Origin: Penicillus capitatus
Lineage: Eukaryota > Plantae > Chlorophyta
NCBI GenBank assembly: GCA_965649825.1
Contig: OZ287701.1
Span: 1,167,101-1,231,100, forward strand
Direction of reading: 5' to 3'
DNA length: 64,000 nucleotides
The translations under genes and the position numbers were made by a program. The notes under the pieces were generated by a model. It was given only the letters and a program-made list of their open reading frames with translations. It had not been told where the DNA came from and did no database searches. Numbering within the stretch: the first letter of the stretch is position 1; every line of letters starts with the position of its first letter. This document shows, one piece after another, positions 61,147 to 64,000 of this stretch.

Positions 61147-61756
61147 CTCACAAGCGTAGCGGAAGTCTTGAAGTCAGAAGAGGACGGGCGAGAGTTCGGA
61201 GGCCACACCATGTTGCTACAGGAAGACAGCTTGTTACAACAGCGATAGACGGCGAATGTTGTCATGATGATGAAGCGCCGAAGGATGATTATACAAGAAC
61301 TGCCTCATCATCATAAGAGGCAACGATGGCCAGTAGCTATTAATGGCCACGTCATATCAAAACCTACCCAGAACCTACTCAGCACCTATGAAACCTAACA
61401 CTATAAAAGGAGGATTATTGTCACATTGATCATCTTTGTAAGAAACCCCCTTGCGTCTTCCACCGTCACGTACTTGCCCGTGTCAATGTTCGGAAAGAAA
61501 AATTGTATGCGATTTGTAGAACGCAAGTGTAAGTCAGGTGTCTAGCGAAAGATGTTTTATGTGTCCGACCTTTGCTTAAATACTCAGCCCCCGATGTGGC
61601 GGCAGGAAAAACATAAGAAGTTCGAGAGTGAGCTCCCAGTGAAGTTCTACAATGTTCCGTGAACTTCAGTGTGAACTTCATAGGAACTCACTCCTAGTCA
61701 TCACGACTCGCTAATTACTTAGCGCGACTCAGCGGCGACGGTTACGTCGCACAGCC

Positions 61757-62029
61757 TGTCGGCGAGATGACGATGCGAAAATGACGTTGACGGGGACTGC
61801 CTTGGGGAATATGGGTGCAGGCAGTCGGGGGGCGCTCAGGGTCTTGTCAGAGGAGGTCCTAGGCACTGACGGGCTCAGACTTCGTGGCTCAGGGCGAGCG
61901 GTGACTCATCTGCCTGGGGGGTCGCATCACCCGGGCGGGATAAGAGGAGGAGAAACGTTGGTGTCGCCGAGCGATGTGACCCTGCCTAGTTTCTGAGGGG
62001 GCCACGTCCTGGGGGGTGTTGGTTGAGTC
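61757..62029 (+). mobile_element. Two truncated LTR fragments (starts TGTCGGCGAG 61757 and TGTCGCCGAG 61962)
   Basis: 61757-61950 resembles 62348-62560. 61962-62029 is the 5' 68 bp of a family A LTR, cut at GAGTC. Confidence 0.65.
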
Positions 62030-62330
62030 TGTCGCGCGGAAGTGCCGCACCAAACGATAAAACAGCGGAAGACTTCTTTACACGTCCTCGGAGCAAGGTC
62101 CTGAATGGTTTAGTCTGTGCCTTATATACCCGCATGATGACGCGACTGGACGAGGCAGGTGAATCACCCTAGCCTCAGAGCCAGAGAAGATGGCCTCGGG
62201 TGATTCAACCAGCAACCCCCCAGGACGTGGACCCCTCAGAAACAAGGCAGTGTCACATCGCTCGGCGACACCACGCTTCCCGCCAAACTCCGAAAACAGG
62301 TAAAGCCAGCCCCCACAAAAGAATCTAACG
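62030..62330 (-). mobile_element. Family A 3' LTR (62030-62270) with adjacent PPT/internal remnant
   Basis: TGTCG...CGACA termini. 62271-62320 (ccacgcttcccgcc-aactccgaaaacag) matches 57224-57275 next to the 3' LTR of the intact element. Confidence 0.85.
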
Positions 62331-62347
62331 CCTTCAGGCGATGCCCG

Positions 62348-63043
62348 TGTCGGCGAGTTGATGGGACGGCGACATCATGGGGTATGTGGGAGCCGGCAAT
62401 GGACTGAGGGGACTGTCTGGCTGGATGGGGGGTCAGGCTACCAAGGGGCGTTCGGGGTCTTGTCAGAGGGGGCTTTGGCAGTCGGGGGGCAGATTTCCCT
62501 GGCTCGGGGCGAGAGTTGACTCACCAACTTCGGAGGTCACATCGCCTGAATGGCTTAAAGGGAAAGGAACATTAGGTCGGGATGCTTTTGTGTGAAACTT
62601 TGTTTGTTGAAAACGTTCGAGTCCTGAGGTTCAGTCTGGCCGACGAAGACGAGTCACGCCCGGTTACGCACGCGACAGTCCATTACCCACCGTTGTCACA
62701 GGGTTCGCCCTACCTATCTGCGCTACGGTTTTGGAGGGATGGAGAACGTCGGAGTGTGGACGCGTCTGACCTATTCCAGCGGGGCGCTGACCATGTGGTG
62801 CATAACGCCGGGCTATACGATTCCCGACGCAGCTCTATTCACGACGATCGGCACGAACCCGCGGACGAGGCCGGTCCATCTACTCGACAAGACGAGGGGG
62901 AGAGTCAGTTACCTCCACGAGTAGGAAATCTTCCCCGCGGTACCCCGCGACAAGAACGACAGAGACAGGCATCTTCAAAAGACCCGGCGAAGAACTGGAG
63001 ACGATGGATATCGCTTTCTCGGGCTGCGATTGGTGTGACATAG
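62348..63043 (+). mobile_element. Family B LTR-related element with ORF 62582-63043
   Basis: Starts TGTCGGCGAG. The ORF shares HATVxYPPL, RGA(D/E)xxVxN, RRS and AGPS with ORF 56539-56960. No TSD found. Confidence 0.55.
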
Positions 63044-63132
63044 ACATGTCACACATTGAATGATGTGACATGCTTTGAAGGACGGCCTGTTTAACGGCCC
63101 GGACAGACGGACGCATACATGCGGTCTGGCGC

Positions 63133-63804
63133 TTGCGCAGTCCTGTCGGCAGCGGAGACTCGCGTCAATGCTGCTGGATGATCGTCTCTCCCGTGTACCT
63201 TCCTTGGTTTTGCAACTCCCCCACAGGGCTCTCCTTACCGTCATCGATTCCCGCAGGTCGACCACGTGCTCTTGAGTACAACGGCCGCTATGGGGACACT
63301 GTACCTGTGGGTCACCTGTACGACAGCAGATACATCGAGATCATGTTTCAGCTGCAATTGTACTGGTCACATCAAGAGGTATTCAATGTCTGCGAGGGCG
63401 AAGCGGAGGCATGCTGCGTGGTGCGATTTAGCACTGCACGGCTTGGATACTTATTGGTTTCTCGATTCTCCGCAGTGGAACGTGATGCCGGTAGCGCTGG
63501 ACAAGTTCATGAGGACAGAGCGATTCGTCTTGCATCGAAAAGAATGGTGCCTAGATCTCTCCCTTCATGCGGCAGTCTGATTTTATTGTCTAGGGGTGTT
63601 CACATCATGCGTGCCTTCTTTGGCACTCACTTCGCGATCACCGTCACGGATCTGTCTGTCACGAATCCTGTTCACATGGAATGTCAAGCACTCTTCATCG
63701 CTCAATCCCTACCCAGTGCGAGCTGCGTGCAAAGTGAGAACCTGTTCGATCTCTGTACCGTCGAGAAGAAGAAAAGACACATTACGGAAGACAGAGCTGT
63801 GTGA
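63133..63804 (+). CDS. Possible host gene exons of unknown function
   Basis: Protein-like frames 63266-63580 and 63590-63804 with splice-like boundaries (ttcccgcag|gtc). The 5' side abuts the LTR nest. Confidence 0.25.
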   Translation: MRSPVGSGDSRQCCWMIVSPVYLPWFCNSPTGLSLPSSIPAGRPRALEYNGRYGDTVPVGHLYDSRYIEIMFQLQLYWSHQEVFNVCEGEAEACCVVRFSTARLGYLLVSRFSAVERDAGSAGQVHEDRAIRLASKRMVPRSLPSCGSLILLSRGVHIMRAFFGTHFAITVTDLSVTNPVHMECQALFIAQSLPSASCVQSENLFDLCTVEKKKRHITEDRAV

Positions 63805-64000
63805 CTGGGAAGTCTCTGTCGATCTGTTGTTGTGCCTGCAGGCAAGCAAGTGATGGGAGATCGATCAGCTGTGTTTCTGTTTACTCCGCCCCGCAAATTC
63901 TACAAGGCTTTAGAGGATCCCCATCACCGTGGCTGCCGTCTGACCATCGGACTGCGGCTGCTGTCGATCAGGCAGCCATCGACGAGACTGACGGTGGATT

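Noticed and set aside
61257-61750. Possible further solo LTR (CTATAAAAGGAG promoter-like motif at ~61400)
   Set aside because: No TG...CA pair with a matching TSD, and no second copy in the window.

Overview
Eukaryotic nuclear DNA, most likely from a compact green-algal (chlorophyte-type) genome. The evidence is plastid-targeted DapA, an FtsH-like protein, a PPR protein and a RUS-family protein, plant-type SPO11-2 and an ITPK4-like kinase, plus very short (~45-60 nt) spliceosomal introns, several of them GC-AG. 1-20 kb is a dense block of mostly intact genes: TRP-like channel, RPL18, ITPK, dapA, PPR, a zinc-site-less FtsH, SPO11-2 and a tandem-MSP VAP-like gene. 22-33.4 kb is an accessory zone of nested direct repeats. 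It encloses an intact BAHD-type acyltransferase and a decayed host segment (stop-riddled WDR70 and PEX16, and a truncated PPR-like gene). 34-40.5 kb encodes a ~2080-aa NLR-like STAND protein: helical N-domain, NACHT, then 23 near-perfect 37-aa HEAT repeats with hypervariable surface positions. This is the best candidate for an undescribed system. 43-54 kb holds small genes: an overlapping COA3/MGMT pair, secreted PAN and Kazal proteins, a BRI3-like gene and RUS5-like. 56-63 kb is an LTR nest that includes a very young 1.87-kb gag-only LTR element with a perfect TSD, solo LTRs and orphan ORFs. No rRNA, tRNA or CRISPR was found. Exon boundaries were read by eye, and family calls come from motif recognition, not database searches.
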